Shown one piece after another: positions 30,445 to 40,090 of a stretch of 64,000 nucleotides of DNA. Under the pieces are notes generated by a model. That model was not told the DNA's origin and ran no database searches. It saw only the letters and a list, made by a program, of their open reading frames with translations. Source of the DNA: Clostridia bacterium. Lineage in GTDB: Bacteria > Bacillota > Clostridia > UBA1212 > DUPL01. The position numbers and the translations under genes are program-made. The stretch's first letter is position 1. Each line of letters opens with the position of its first letter. The stretch spans positions 32,001-96,000 of the forward strand of contig JBMNIW010000011.1 of assembly GCA_050951325.1 (NCBI GenBank). The letters run 5' to 3'.

Positions 30445-32237
30445 GCTGTTTCAGAATATACGTAGTTCATTCTGCCAATGGGAGCGGCATCTCCATCGGT
30501 ATAGAAGGACCAGAAATCATCTTCCTGATAATTGTCCGCCCATTTGAACTGGATATCTATTTTCTTTCCTTTGAGTCCCAATGCTTCACGAGGAACTGCG
30601 ATTTGAAGTTTGTTACCTCCATATTTAAAGCTAAGCTTTGCAGCTTCCTCCCAATTGAACCCTCCGGTGCATTTCTCAAGATACGCATCCCAGTCAGGGT
30701 TCTTTCTGTTTACAACAAAATCGTATCCATACCAGTTATCATTCTTTTTGTTTCCGGTACTGATGAACAAGTTCATCCAGTGTTTGTCTGAAGGATGGGT
30801 CAAATCCTCTTTTGTTTCCACATAGAAATATATGAAGTTGTCATCATGGGCAACTTTCATGGTAACAATATCATTTCTGCCGCTTTCATTTTTGTAGGTT
30901 ACATTGCCATAACCTCTTGCATTTCTGTATGCTGTATCTCCGGAATAGTCCGTGTACACAGCCTTTGCATTGTCCCACTGGTCGAACCCGCCGCTTATGT
31001 CAATTGTAAGGGTTTCAGTGGCATTCACAGGGGGTCTTGCACCCTTGAACCTGCGTATGTTATGTATCATCTGCAAATAGTAGTTGTCGCCATATCCGTC
31101 CTTCATAGGTTCTGCATCACGGCTTGTGTTGATGTCGCAAGCGTCAACAAACAGAAGAGGTTTGTTGCCTTTTGGTCCCCAGTTTCCTGCAATCCATTCG
31201 TTCCATCCAGTTACGAATATGATGTCGGGGTCTTGTGAGATTGCATAATCCCACTGCTCCTGGAAGTTATACCCATGAAGGTAAGCGCCTTCAGATTTGT
31301 CGTTCTTGCCCTTGTGATATGAGCGGGTCCAGTTGGTGTCGTCACCGTAAAGGGCTGTGTCACTGAAGGCCACAGTGCTCTGATGCTGCGCTATCGACAC
31401 ACTGATAATGGTGGTGCCTAAGGATTTTCCAAACACATGCTGAGGTCTTTCAAATGCCATCCATGGGAAACCATCTTCATGGTAGAGCATTTTGCCTGTG
31501 GAATCCTTTTCATTAGGCCACTGACTATGTTTTATGGTAAAGAATTCTTTAACCTCGTCACTGGTGTTGGGGTCTTCAGGTCTCCCAATTATCAAGGGTT
31601 TTCCATCGAGGTGGAACCAAATATCCTTGTATTCAGGATGTTTTTTATAAACTTGCTCGTATGCCTGGTTCATTCTCTTCCCCGTATCCGTATTGGTATA
31701 GAATACAACCTTTGGCACATCCCAACCCTGCTGGTAGTACTCGTAAAGTATTGCCATAAGTTTTAATGCCGTGTCTGCATATACGCTGTTATTTGTAGTA
31801 TCAAATACAAGAAAGTCCACATCTGCATCCGTCAGCATTTGTACATGCTTTCTAAGCACCCATTCATCGTTTGCATAGTAGTAACCGAATAATGGCTCTC
31901 CCCACCAGTGCATTACGCTAAATCCACCCCACAATTCCGGTTTCCATGCTGCCTCCGGATCCGATGCCATTATCTTCGTAATATCATGCACTTTGGAGGT
32001 GTCACCGGTCCCATGCCATAAGAAGTAGAAGACACCTACATATTTGTCTTCCCTGTATTCTTTGGGAATCCGCTTGTCTCCCGGCATTGCAAGGATTCTA
32101 CCAAGATCATCTACGGCAGCGTAAGTACCGTTTTTCTCTGAAAACTCTGTTCTTTTCTTTTCAAATACAGAACAACTTGAAAGAATAATTGCGAGAATCA
32201 TAAACAATGACAAAGCCAATGTCGTTTTTCTGTACAT
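30441..32237 (-). CDS. GH99/GH71-like glycoside hydrolase lipoprotein with C-terminal DOMON/CBM9-like domain (paralogue 1)
   Basis: Lipobox LSSC; YFLWHG, WGEPLFGYY, VDFLVFDTTN, TGWNEWIAG, RDAEPM, GDNYYLQM; start moved to ATG 32237. Confidence 0.7.
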   Translation of the reverse strand: MYRKTTLALSLFMILAIILSSCSVFEKKRTEFSEKNGTYAAVDDLGRILAMPGDKRIPKEYREDKYVGVFYFLWHGTGDTSKVHDITKIMASDPEAAWKPELWGGFSVMHWWGEPLFGYYYANDEWVLRKHVQMLTDADVDFLVFDTTNNSVYADTALKLMAILYEYYQQGWDVPKVVFYTNTDTGKRMNQAYEQVYKKHPEYKDIWFHLDGKPLIIGRPEDPNTSDEVKEFFTIKHSQWPNEKDSTGKMLYHEDGFPWMAFERPQHVFGKSLGTTIISVSIAQHQSTVAFSDTALYGDDTNWTRSYHKGKNDKSEGAYLHGYNFQEQWDYAISQDPDIIFVTGWNEWIAGNWGPKGNKPLLFVDACDINTSRDAEPMKDGYGDNYYLQMIHNIRRFKGARPPVNATETLTIDISGGFDQWDNAKAVYTDYSGDTAYRNARGYGNVTYKNESGRNDIVTMKVAHDDNFIYFYVETKEDLTHPSDKHWMNLFISTGNKKNDNWYGYDFVVNRKNPDWDAYLEKCTGGFNWEEAAKLSFKYGGNKLQIAVPREALGLKGKKIDIQFKWADNYQEDDFWSFYTDGDAAPIGRMNYVYSETA

Positions 32238-32327
32238 GTCGCAAGCCCCTTTTCTAACTATTTCTGATGAGTATATATTAATAGATATTTCATAAAGGGT
32301 CAACAGGTAGCGATTTGAAAATTTCTT

Positions 32328-32356
32328 GTATAAAAATTCCGAATATTGCAATAATA
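32328..32356 (+). promoter_or_regulatory. Putative forespore sigma-G/sigma-F promoter of spoVT
   Basis: GTATA-N16-CAATAATA upstream of spoVT. Confidence 0.45.
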
Positions 32357-32411
32357 GACCATGTAAAGTTGTTTTACAAAGAATAATTACAATTATGGAG
32401 GACGAGATTTT

Positions 32412-32963
32412 ATGAAAGCAACAGGAATTGTAAGAAGGATAGATGATCTCGGAAGAGTCGTTATCCCTAAAGAAATACGTAGAAACTTCAGAATCAGAGA
32501 AGGAGATCCTCTTGAAATATACACAAATGACGAGGGATTGGTAATCTTAAAGAAATACTCCGCAATGAGCGAACTTGCTGACTTTGCCTCTCAGTATGCG
32601 GAAAGTCTGGCAAAGACATCGGGATACATTACATGTATTACAGACAGAGATTCTGTTGTAGCGGTTTCGGGTGCTCCAAAAAAAGATTATCTGGATAAAA
32701 GAATTACTCCCGAGCTTGAACGGATAATGGAAGAGAGAGTCACTGTAATAGCCAAGAACAAAAGCGAACGCTCAATACCTGTTCTTGAAGGAATAAGCCA
32801 TGATGAGTATTCCGCACAGGTGATTACCCCCATCATTTCTCACGGCGACCCCATTGGAGCTATTATCATGCTTACGACCGACACCCAGGCTACAATGGGC
32901 GATCTTGAAAGCAAACTGACTCAAGCCGCTGCAAATGTTATTGGCAGCCAGCTTGAGCAATAA
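32412..32963 (+). CDS. spoVT: Stage V sporulation protein T
   Basis: MKATGIVRRIDDLGRVVIPKEIRR AbrB-like domain plus C-terminal GAF-like domain. Confidence 0.97.
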   Translation: MKATGIVRRIDDLGRVVIPKEIRRNFRIREGDPLEIYTNDEGLVILKKYSAMSELADFASQYAESLAKTSGYITCITDRDSVVAVSGAPKKDYLDKRITPELERIMEERVTVIAKNKSERSIPVLEGISHDEYSAQVITPIISHGDPIGAIIMLTTDTQATMGDLESKLTQAAANVIGSQLEQ

Positions 32964-32970
32964 GAATAAA

Positions 32971-32992
32971 GGAGACCCGAAATAAGGTCTCC
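32971..32992. terminator. Hairpin between convergent spoVT and prsA
   Basis: GGAGACC-N8-GGTCTCC. Confidence 0.6.
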
Positions 32993-33006
32993 CCTGCTTT
33001 ACATAT

Positions 33007-34197
33007 TTATTTGTCATCATCTTCGTCGGTGTTGAACATTATTGTAATGTAATCTTCCACACTCTTTTTGATAACATCATCGTTTCTTTCTGTAAGCTCA
33101 TACGTCTTGTCTGTAAGGAGCTGTTTTGTCTGCTTGTCAAAGGTATCGTTCTTGTACCCTTCCAGAACAGTATTCTTTACTTTTTCATCCTCAATGGTCT
33201 TAATCTCTTCACACATCATGACATGATAGCCAAACTGTGTTTCAACAATCTCTACCACATCAGTAACTTCCGTCTGCTTAAGAGCCCACTCCTTGAACTC
33301 CTTTACAAAGTTTGAGTTCTTGGATACATCATAAAGGCCAAGATTCGAAAGGTCTGTATCATCTGAGTATCCTTTAACAAGAGCATCAATCTCATGTTCT
33401 CCAGATTCAACCAGTTGTTTTACCCTTTCAGCCCTTTCAAGCTTCTCAGCTTTTTCCTCATCATCCAATGGCTCGCCTTCCTCGTCCATGGTGGATATGA
33501 GTATATGCCTTACTGTAACAATTCTATAGGTATCTTCATGCTCCTCATAGAATTCCTTGAGTTCGTCATCCGAAGGCTTGAATCCCTCCATTACATCCTT
33601 TGCGTAATTGTTGGCACATTCCTGCTGGATTGCGAGTCTCTTGTAGTCATTGACATTCATGCTGTACATAAGCCTCATCATTTCGTCCCTTGTTTCTACG
33701 CCATACTCCTCTCCATATACTGAAAGGTAGTAGTTGACAAACTCGTTTATGGAATCATATTGCTCCTGTTTTTCCTCATCAGAAAGCTCATGACCTGCTT
33801 TCACACCTTCCAGGTACGCAATTTTGAATAACGAACAAAGCTCCACAGCTCTTTCAACAGCCTTGTCAAGACGGGAAACGCCGTCATCATCCTTTTCGTT
33901 AAGAAAACCCAACATTAGCTCGTATGTTTCTTTTTCAGATGCATCGTCCGGTATTTCGAGGTCGGTATAGTCAACTTCCTTCAATGCATCATACAAAAAG
34001 TATTTGAACTCACTGGCATAAATCTCAATACCACCTATTTTAGCAATATATTCAGTTGTTGCGGGTTCGTCATTTTCCGAAGGATCAGCTGTTGCAGTCG
34101 GAGTAGGGTCGCCATCTTTATCATCCTTGTTGCAGCCAGCCAAAAATGTAACACCCATTACAATAGCAAGTAAAATTGCCAAAACTCTTTTTCTCAT
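33007..34197 (-). CDS. prsA: PrsA-like peptidyl-prolyl isomerase lipoprotein
   Basis: Lipobox LAGC; parvulin motifs VRHILI, YSDD, FVKEF, TQFGYHVM. Confidence 0.8.
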   Translation of the reverse strand: MRKRVLAILLAIVMGVTFLAGCNKDDKDGDPTPTATADPSENDEPATTEYIAKIGGIEIYASEFKYFLYDALKEVDYTDLEIPDDASEKETYELMLGFLNEKDDDGVSRLDKAVERAVELCSLFKIAYLEGVKAGHELSDEEKQEQYDSINEFVNYYLSVYGEEYGVETRDEMMRLMYSMNVNDYKRLAIQQECANNYAKDVMEGFKPSDDELKEFYEEHEDTYRIVTVRHILISTMDEEGEPLDDEEKAEKLERAERVKQLVESGEHEIDALVKGYSDDTDLSNLGLYDVSKNSNFVKEFKEWALKQTEVTDVVEIVETQFGYHVMMCEEIKTIEDEKVKNTVLEGYKNDTFDKQTKQLLTDKTYELTERNDDVIKKSVEDYITIMFNTDEDDDK

Positions 34198-34213
34198 GTT
34201 TTTCTCTCCCTTG

Positions 34214-34459
34214 TCATTTTTCAATAATCCTGTACATCTCACCGACTTCGTCTTTCCTGACGGTCTCGGAAACCTTAAGTATCTCAATTTTAGTACTTCC
34301 ATTTGCAAAGCCTATTTCAACCATGTCGCCCACCTTTACATTATAGCTTGCCTTGGCGACCTGCCCGTTTACTTTCACCCTGCCTGCATCGCATGCTTCA
34401 TTAGCTACTGTGCGCCGCTTTATAATTCTCGAAACTTTAAGAAACTTGTCCAGTCTCAT
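34214..34459 (-). CDS. yabO: S4-domain RNA-binding protein (YabO/RqcP)
   Basis: MRLDKFLKVSRIIKRRTVANEACDAGRV. Confidence 0.92.
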   Translation of the reverse strand: MRLDKFLKVSRIIKRRTVANEACDAGRVKVNGQVAKASYNVKVGDMVEIGFANGSTKIEILKVSETVRKDEVGEMYRIIEK

Positions 34460-35109
34460 AAGCATTTATGTTGCTCTATCTTTTCCTCCAGCACATTTGT
34501 CAGCGCAAGAAACGGATCTATGCCTTTTTCCTCAGCTATGGCGCATATGGAATAAAGCATTGCTCCTACCGACTTGCTGTCGGAAAAGTCTATCTCAACA
34601 TCCTGTCCCTCCTTTCTGTGCCCCGCCTTCCTGATTTTCCTTGCCACCTTTTCAGCCCTCATTAGTGCGGGAAGGTTCTTTGGTATATCCTTAAGCTCTT
34701 CATAAAGAGAACTTATTTCCTTCTCCTTTATCTTCATCTTTTCCCAGTTTGCAAGAGCCTCTTTAGGGTTATTGGCAACCACATCTCCAAATACATGTGT
34801 ATGCCTGAATATCATTTTTCTTGCACATTTGTCGGTAACATCCTCAAATTCAAATTCGCTGTTTTCCTCAGCAATAATGCTGTGGAATATAACCTGTAGG
34901 AGAACATCGCCAAGTTCCTCTATTAGTTTGTCCTTATTACCACTGTTGATGGCATCCACCGCCTCGTATGCCTCCTCAATCATCGGCTTTACAAGGGACT
35001 CATGGGTTTGCTCTCTGTCCCAGGGACAGCCCTCGGGTGACCTCAACACTCTTATAATCTCATACAGTTCGTCCAATGTATATTTCTCGTTTGAATCCTT
35101 TATCTTCAT
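34456..35109 (-). CDS. mazG: MazG nucleoside triphosphate pyrophosphohydrolase
   Basis: LRSPEGCPWDREQTH, EELGDVLLQV, RHTHVFG, LPALMRA. Confidence 0.9.
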   Translation of the reverse strand: MKIKDSNEKYTLDELYEIIRVLRSPEGCPWDREQTHESLVKPMIEEAYEAVDAINSGNKDKLIEELGDVLLQVIFHSIIAEENSEFEFEDVTDKCARKMIFRHTHVFGDVVANNPKEALANWEKMKIKEKEISSLYEELKDIPKNLPALMRAEKVARKIRKAGHRKEGQDVEIDFSDSKSVGAMLYSICAIAEEKGIDPFLALTNVLEEKIEQHKCL

Positions 35110-35226
35110 ATTCCTCACATTTGCCTTTTTGTTATAAATAACTATAATTATATTGTTAATCGATTGTTTCTTAGGTGTAACTTTTAAAAGTATACCACAA
35201 AACACAGGAAAGGTTGTAAATAAAAT

Positions 35227-35667
35227 ATGTTTTTTTTATATAAATTCATGTCAGAAGCTCTTACCGAGGCTTACAAATGCAAACAATCAGGCGACATTCC
35301 TGTAGGTTGTGTAATTGTAAAGGATGGAAACATAATCGCCAGAGCACATAATACCAGAGAAAGGGACAAAAATCCACTTGGCCATGCAGAAATCAACGCC
35401 ATTTATAACGCAGCAAAACATGTAGGTGACTGGCGGCTTTCCGGCTGCGATTTGTATGTAACGCTTGAGCCTTGCACAATGTGCGCCGGTGCAATTCTCT
35501 CTTCCAGAATCGAGAACGTTTTTTTCGGTGCCTTTGATAAAAAAGAAGGTGCCGCCGGCTCGCACACCAATCTTCTTTATCCTAACGTCAATGTTTACGG
35601 AGGAATAATGATTGAAGAATGTGTGCGCCTTCTGGACACCTTCTTTAAGCACTTGCGCTCGAATTAA
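35227..35667 (+). CDS. tadA: tRNA adenosine deaminase
   Basis: IPVGCVIV, HAEINAI, TLEPCTMCAGA. Confidence 0.88.
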   Translation: MFFLYKFMSEALTEAYKCKQSGDIPVGCVIVKDGNIIARAHNTRERDKNPLGHAEINAIYNAAKHVGDWRLSGCDLYVTLEPCTMCAGAILSSRIENVFFGAFDKKEGAAGSHTNLLYPNVNVYGGIMIEECVRLLDTFFKHLRSN

Positions 35668-37177
35668 TTATCACATCCATTATGTACCACTCATTATCCA
35701 AGTACGCCAGATAGAATGTAAAATTGGACGGGAATGTGAAAACTTCCTTTTCCGTCTTAATAATTATATGATCAAAGGAAATATCGCAGGATATAAAATT
35801 TTCATTATACATCTGCAGATTTCCCATTTTCACATTCTCGAACTCATAGCCAATATGGTCGGTATACATCCACTGCTGTGTTTCAAGATCCTTGTATACC
35901 ACATAAACCTGCGTGTCAGTTTTCAACACTTTTGACAGCTGCGCCATCTTCAGGTCATTGGCAACAAACTTTGCGTGCATGAAAGCCCTTTCCTCAACTA
36001 TTGGGTAGTACTCTTGTGCAACGTTCTCGGGCACCTGGAATCCCGCCACTGCTTTTTCATTATCCGTTTTTGTCGTAACTTCAAATCCATCATTGTTCTT
36101 TACAACCACCTCAGGGACAATCCCGAGTACCGCAACCTCATATCTGTCATATGTAGGCTTTTCAACATATTTTTCAGGGATGTACTTAAGCTCGTCCACT
36201 TCCACTCCAGTTTCCTTAAGATACTTCCTATCAAGTTTTTTACCGTTAACATAAACATCAAAACCTTGAGGAGCATCTATTAAATACTTTATCTTCTTAA
36301 GGCAAACAGTATCGTTCTCTTCCTCAAGAAGCATGTCCCTGTCCTTCTCATCCCTGACACAGTACTCAAAATCATTGAGTATTCCGTCTACGGCATACTT
36401 GTTGAGTGTTACTCCCTCCACATCGGATTCAACAGTGTCGGTTATGAAAGAAGAATCAACCTTCTTGTCATTTATGTAAACCGCATTGTCTTCAGGTACA
36501 AGGAAAGTAACTTTCTTGTACGAAACACGAAGTTCGTCCCCAAGAACAAGAGGCACTTCTCTGCCGTCATAGTCGCAGACCCTTACATGGCTTTCTCTTA
36601 GCAGACCCAATATGCTATAGTGCTCAAAAACCTTATCCTTGTCCTGCATGCAGAAAAGATTCTCAAAACCGGCATCTTCCTCGCCAATCTCGTGGTCCAC
36701 CCACTTTTTTGATACCTCAATGTCATTAAGGTACACTGTAAATCCTTTAGGAACCTTTATATCTATTCCAATCTCTGTATTCAAAAGCAAATGAGAAACC
36801 GTGTAGCCCTTTTTTTGTTTTTTCAAATTTACTGTCAAAACCGCTTTCTCATCCGCATATATGGAGAACCTCTCACCGGTTCTGGAGTACATTTTTTTAT
36901 AAGTCAACTTCTTTACATCCTTGAAATTCTCTTCAAGGTAATTTATCACGTTTTCCTTATCTTCGAAATCAGTGATATAGAAATCATAGCGGCTGACAAA
37001 ATCATTAAAATCACCCGCTTTAATTTCTTTTACCAGTTCATCCATTCTGCCAACCGGCAGACCTTCCTGATAATCCTTGAGCCAGTCCCATAAATAGATC
37101 AGCGAGACACATATGAAAAAAACAAGGACACCGATTACTATCAATAATATTCTATAAAACAAAGGAATCTTTCTCAT
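35645..37177 (-). CDS. Membrane-anchored protein with three PEGA-like repeats and a C-terminal NTF2-like domain
   Basis: N-terminal TM; repeats VPKGFTVYLND / VPEDNAVYIND / APQGFDVYVNG; ends FTFYLAYLDNEWYIMDV. Confidence 0.6.
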   Translation of the reverse strand: MRKIPLFYRILLIVIGVLVFFICVSLIYLWDWLKDYQEGLPVGRMDELVKEIKAGDFNDFVSRYDFYITDFEDKENVINYLEENFKDVKKLTYKKMYSRTGERFSIYADEKAVLTVNLKKQKKGYTVSHLLLNTEIGIDIKVPKGFTVYLNDIEVSKKWVDHEIGEEDAGFENLFCMQDKDKVFEHYSILGLLRESHVRVCDYDGREVPLVLGDELRVSYKKVTFLVPEDNAVYINDKKVDSSFITDTVESDVEGVTLNKYAVDGILNDFEYCVRDEKDRDMLLEEENDTVCLKKIKYLIDAPQGFDVYVNGKKLDRKYLKETGVEVDELKYIPEKYVEKPTYDRYEVAVLGIVPEVVVKNNDGFEVTTKTDNEKAVAGFQVPENVAQEYYPIVEERAFMHAKFVANDLKMAQLSKVLKTDTQVYVVYKDLETQQWMYTDHIGYEFENVKMGNLQMYNENFISCDISFDHIIIKTEKEVFTFPSNFTFYLAYLDNEWYIMDVIINSSASA

Positions 37178-37180
37178 TTC

Positions 37181-38248
37181 TTACTCCTGTTCATCATCCA
37201 CTCTTGAGACAAGTATGGCTGTTGCCATGCGCCTTGGCTGGTACAAGGAAGCACGGGTGGTTATGATTTCGTTCTCATAAACCATATATGAGGAGGACCC
37301 TCCGTCCAGATTGGCGGCATTCACCGCTCCAAAATCCAGCATTATGTCAATCAAATCCGTATATGTAGCCCCAAGACTGTTAGCCTGCCTTCCATCCACC
37401 ACAAGAAGCAAAACAGCTCCATCCGCCCTTTGTCCGATTGCAGTTCTGGGGTTGTATCCACCGCCGGTGCCCTTTATCTCACAAGGCTCGCCATTAACAA
37501 TGAGAATAGGTCCGAAAGTTACAGCGTCCCTTATTCCCTTGTCCATTGCCTGTCTGGGTGTCATGTATCCTACATTTAATATGTTGTTGTTGTCAAAGCC
37601 GATTACCTCGTAATATTTGTCCATTTCACCCCACATAAGTTTGCCTTTTGATATAACTATTCCAATGGGGATGCCGCCGTTTCCTCTTCCGTTTGTATCC
37701 TCAAAACCTCCACCATTGACAGCACCAATAGCATTGTCCCTTATGGCCATGTCAATGACTCTTACTCCTTCCTTGTCTTTCCCATAGGCAGTAGGTGTGC
37801 CTACATAGACTCTTGAAGGATCGTATACAATCATCATTTTCCCTTTGTAGGTTTTACCGGATACGTCAACAATCTCTATTTTGTTCTTGTCAAATTTGGG
37901 GTTGTCTTCATCGTTGTCATCGTCATCATTGTCATCATTCCAGTCGGGAATTTTGATTAAGTCAGGATTTGTGGCAACGTCAGTTGGAACAACGGAATTA
38001 TCTTGAATGATTCTGTCAATTTCTTCTTTTGGCAAAAACCATGTTGCAAGAAAATGACCTGCACTCGTTTCCATTGCGGAAAGAACCAGCAAATCGCGTG
38101 CAGCTTCGGAAGGACCATAGTGAATTATACTTAATGCTCCCACAAGACCCAAAACAATTACCAATAATACAGAAAAAAAGGCAATAACAACTCTTAGTAT
38201 TATTGTTTTGGGCTTCAGTTTGGGTTTCATATGTACGTTATCCGACAT
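37181..38248 (-). CDS. Phosphodiester glycosidase (NAGPA/EpsL-like)
   Basis: AVNGGGF, FGPILIVNG, NPRTAIGQRADG, VDGRQ, NLDGGSS; N-terminal TM. Confidence 0.88.
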   Translation of the reverse strand: MSDNVHMKPKLKPKTIILRVVIAFFSVLLVIVLGLVGALSIIHYGPSEAARDLLVLSAMETSAGHFLATWFLPKEEIDRIIQDNSVVPTDVATNPDLIKIPDWNDDNDDDDNDEDNPKFDKNKIEIVDVSGKTYKGKMMIVYDPSRVYVGTPTAYGKDKEGVRVIDMAIRDNAIGAVNGGGFEDTNGRGNGGIPIGIVISKGKLMWGEMDKYYEVIGFDNNNILNVGYMTPRQAMDKGIRDAVTFGPILIVNGEPCEIKGTGGGYNPRTAIGQRADGAVLLLVVDGRQANSLGATYTDLIDIMLDFGAVNAANLDGGSSSYMVYENEIITTRASLYQPRRMATAILVSRVDDEQE

Positions 38249-38313
38249 TTTCCCACCACTTTCAAAAATAATATAAAAAGCTCAAAAATATCCTTTCTGA
38301 GCTTCTTATTTTG

Positions 38314-38388
38314 TGGTGACCCCTACGAGAATCGAACTCGTGTCTCCGCCGTGAAAGGGCGGTGTCTTAACCTCTTGACCAAGGGGCC
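38314..38388 (-). tRNA. tRNA-Glu (TTC)
   Basis: GGCCCCTTGGTCAAGAGGTTAAGACACCGCCC-TTTCAC-GGCGG...GTTCGATT...GGGGTCACCA. Confidence 0.97.
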
Positions 38389-38405
38389 ATAAATATTAAG
38401 TTTGC

Positions 38406-38481
38406 TGGTAGCGGCGGTGGGATTTGAACCTACGACCTACCGGGTATGAACCGGGTGCTCTAGCCACTGAGCTACGCCGCC
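38406..38481 (-). tRNA. tRNA-Met (CAT), elongator type
   Basis: GGCGGCGTAGCTCAGTGGCTAGAGCACCCGG-TTCATAC-CCGG...GTTCAAAT...GCCGCTACCA. Confidence 0.93.
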
Positions 38482-38516
38482 GTGTTTTGTGCTCCAGCGG
38501 TGCTGAGCACTTGTTC

Positions 38517-38544
38517 ATTATACCATGTAATAATTATTTGTCAA
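38517..38544 (-). promoter_or_regulatory. Sigma-A promoter of the tRNA pair
   Basis: TTGACA-N16-TATAAT with extended TG. Confidence 0.8.
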
Positions 38545-38596
38545 CACCCAATTTTAATTTTTTACGCATCCTAATTTTAAATTATTTGTAACATCA

Positions 38597-40036
38597 CTAT
38601 ATGCGCTTAACAATTATCTTTAGTACGAAAACCACCATTATCAAAACCACCACTATGACCGCAGCGTAAAGAACCTTTTTCCCAATATTATTATCTCCAC
38701 CATTCTCCGGGGTATTGGTTGGTTTATCTGTCTTTTCCGGAGTAGAAGTTTCAGTAACTTTTGGCGTAGGTGTCACGGTAGGCTCAGGTGTTGTCGGCAC
38801 CGGCGTTTCATCCACGTGAGGTTCCACGTTTTCAAAGAAGTCATTTTTAAGCACATCCTCTCCCACAGTGGATCGATACAATCCATATTCACAGGGGCTG
38901 TACTCCGCTATATCGCTGGCCTTGTTTCTTTCTTTTCCGTTGTATACGCCCATAAACCATTTTGTAAACCAGGTCCCGTGTTGTGACTTGTGTTCATTGT
39001 ATCCAAGTTTTGAAACTTCATAAGCAGTAAGTCCACCAAACTTTGAAAGAGGCACATCCCAGTCCATTACAATTCTATTCTCTTCCCACAGGTGAAGATA
39101 CGTTTTTGGCACATCCCAAAGCCCATACTTGTCATACGTCTCCTTGTGATATTCAGGGTCATTGGAAAGTTCAAGAGCTTTCATAAGAGTGAACGCATTT
39201 ACCATATGGGCCCCATGTTTGTACTCACCATTTATGTCATGTCCAACAATAACTTTTGGTTTGAACCTTCTGATATTCTCCACATGAAACCTCGTTACTT
39301 CTTCTTCATCGTACAGAATTAGAGCTCTTTTAAGTACAGTCTCCACATCCTCTCCCTTTTGCCCTAAAGAACCTGCCAGATCAGGAAAATCAGATATTAC
39401 AGGATAGTGCCTTATCCCCACCACCCAAAGACCATTCAAAAGCTCATGAGGCCTTGACTGCGTATCGTTATGGTTGGTCATATACACAACTTGGACTTTG
39501 AGACCTCTTTCCACAGCGTAATATGGAAGGACTCCTGCGAAAAACAAATGCTCGTCATCAGCATGGGTAGACAAAAGAAGAAGGTCCGCCTTATCATGAG
39601 ATTCTTCCCAAACCTGCACCCAATTGGGCAAAATTCCTTCTCCAAACACATATATTTCACAAATCCTTGCACTTTCAGAAAGAGTAATCTTTAATTTCTT
39701 TGTATTTTCAACTTCTACAAATTCATGCAAAAATTCCTTCTCCCCATATGTGTAGGTATTGCCATCTGATTCCATTGTCCATATCGGCGCCTTCTTGTCC
39801 CATATTATGTATATGCCAGCAATTTCTTCTTCGCACTCAATCTCAAACACGGTACCGCTTTGATACCATTCAGAGCCATACTGGCTTCCATCTACAATTA
39901 CATCAACAGATTGGCCACCAGATACCTTAATGTCGCACATCGAGGTAAGGTTCTTGCTTTCTGCTTCCTCACTGTTTGAAACAAACAGACACATGACTGC
40001 CAAAAGAATTGCAAAAGACAAACAGATACGTTTCAT
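38597..40036 (-). CDS. Secreted PIG-L/LmbE family deacetylase with Pro/Thr linker and C-terminal TM anchor
   Basis: Signal peptide; STHADDE, GHDINGEYKHGAH, HKSQ; TPVPTTPEPTVTPTP linker; TM helix plus basic tail. Confidence 0.82.
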   Translation of the reverse strand: MKRICLSFAILLAVMCLFVSNSEEAESKNLTSMCDIKVSGGQSVDVIVDGSQYGSEWYQSGTVFEIECEEEIAGIYIIWDKKAPIWTMESDGNTYTYGEKEFLHEFVEVENTKKLKITLSESARICEIYVFGEGILPNWVQVWEESHDKADLLLLSTHADDEHLFFAGVLPYYAVERGLKVQVVYMTNHNDTQSRPHELLNGLWVVGIRHYPVISDFPDLAGSLGQKGEDVETVLKRALILYDEEEVTRFHVENIRRFKPKVIVGHDINGEYKHGAHMVNAFTLMKALELSNDPEYHKETYDKYGLWDVPKTYLHLWEENRIVMDWDVPLSKFGGLTAYEVSKLGYNEHKSQHGTWFTKWFMGVYNGKERNKASDIAEYSPCEYGLYRSTVGEDVLKNDFFENVEPHVDETPVPTTPEPTVTPTPKVTETSTPEKTDKPTNTPENGGDNNIGKKVLYAAVIVVVLIMVVFVLKIIVKRI

Positions 40037-40055
40037 TCGAACCTCCATAAAAAAG

Positions 40056-40082
40056 AACCGGAGGTTTTTAATCACTCCGGTT
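40056..40082 (-). terminator. Terminator after the transketolase genes
   Basis: AACCGGAG...CTCCGGTT followed by a T-rich tract on the minus strand. Confidence 0.6.
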
Positions 40083-40090
40083 TGTTTTTG

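Noticed and set aside
38314-38481. tRNA genes as a possible island integration site
   Set aside because: No integrase and no duplicated tRNA 3' end seen in the window
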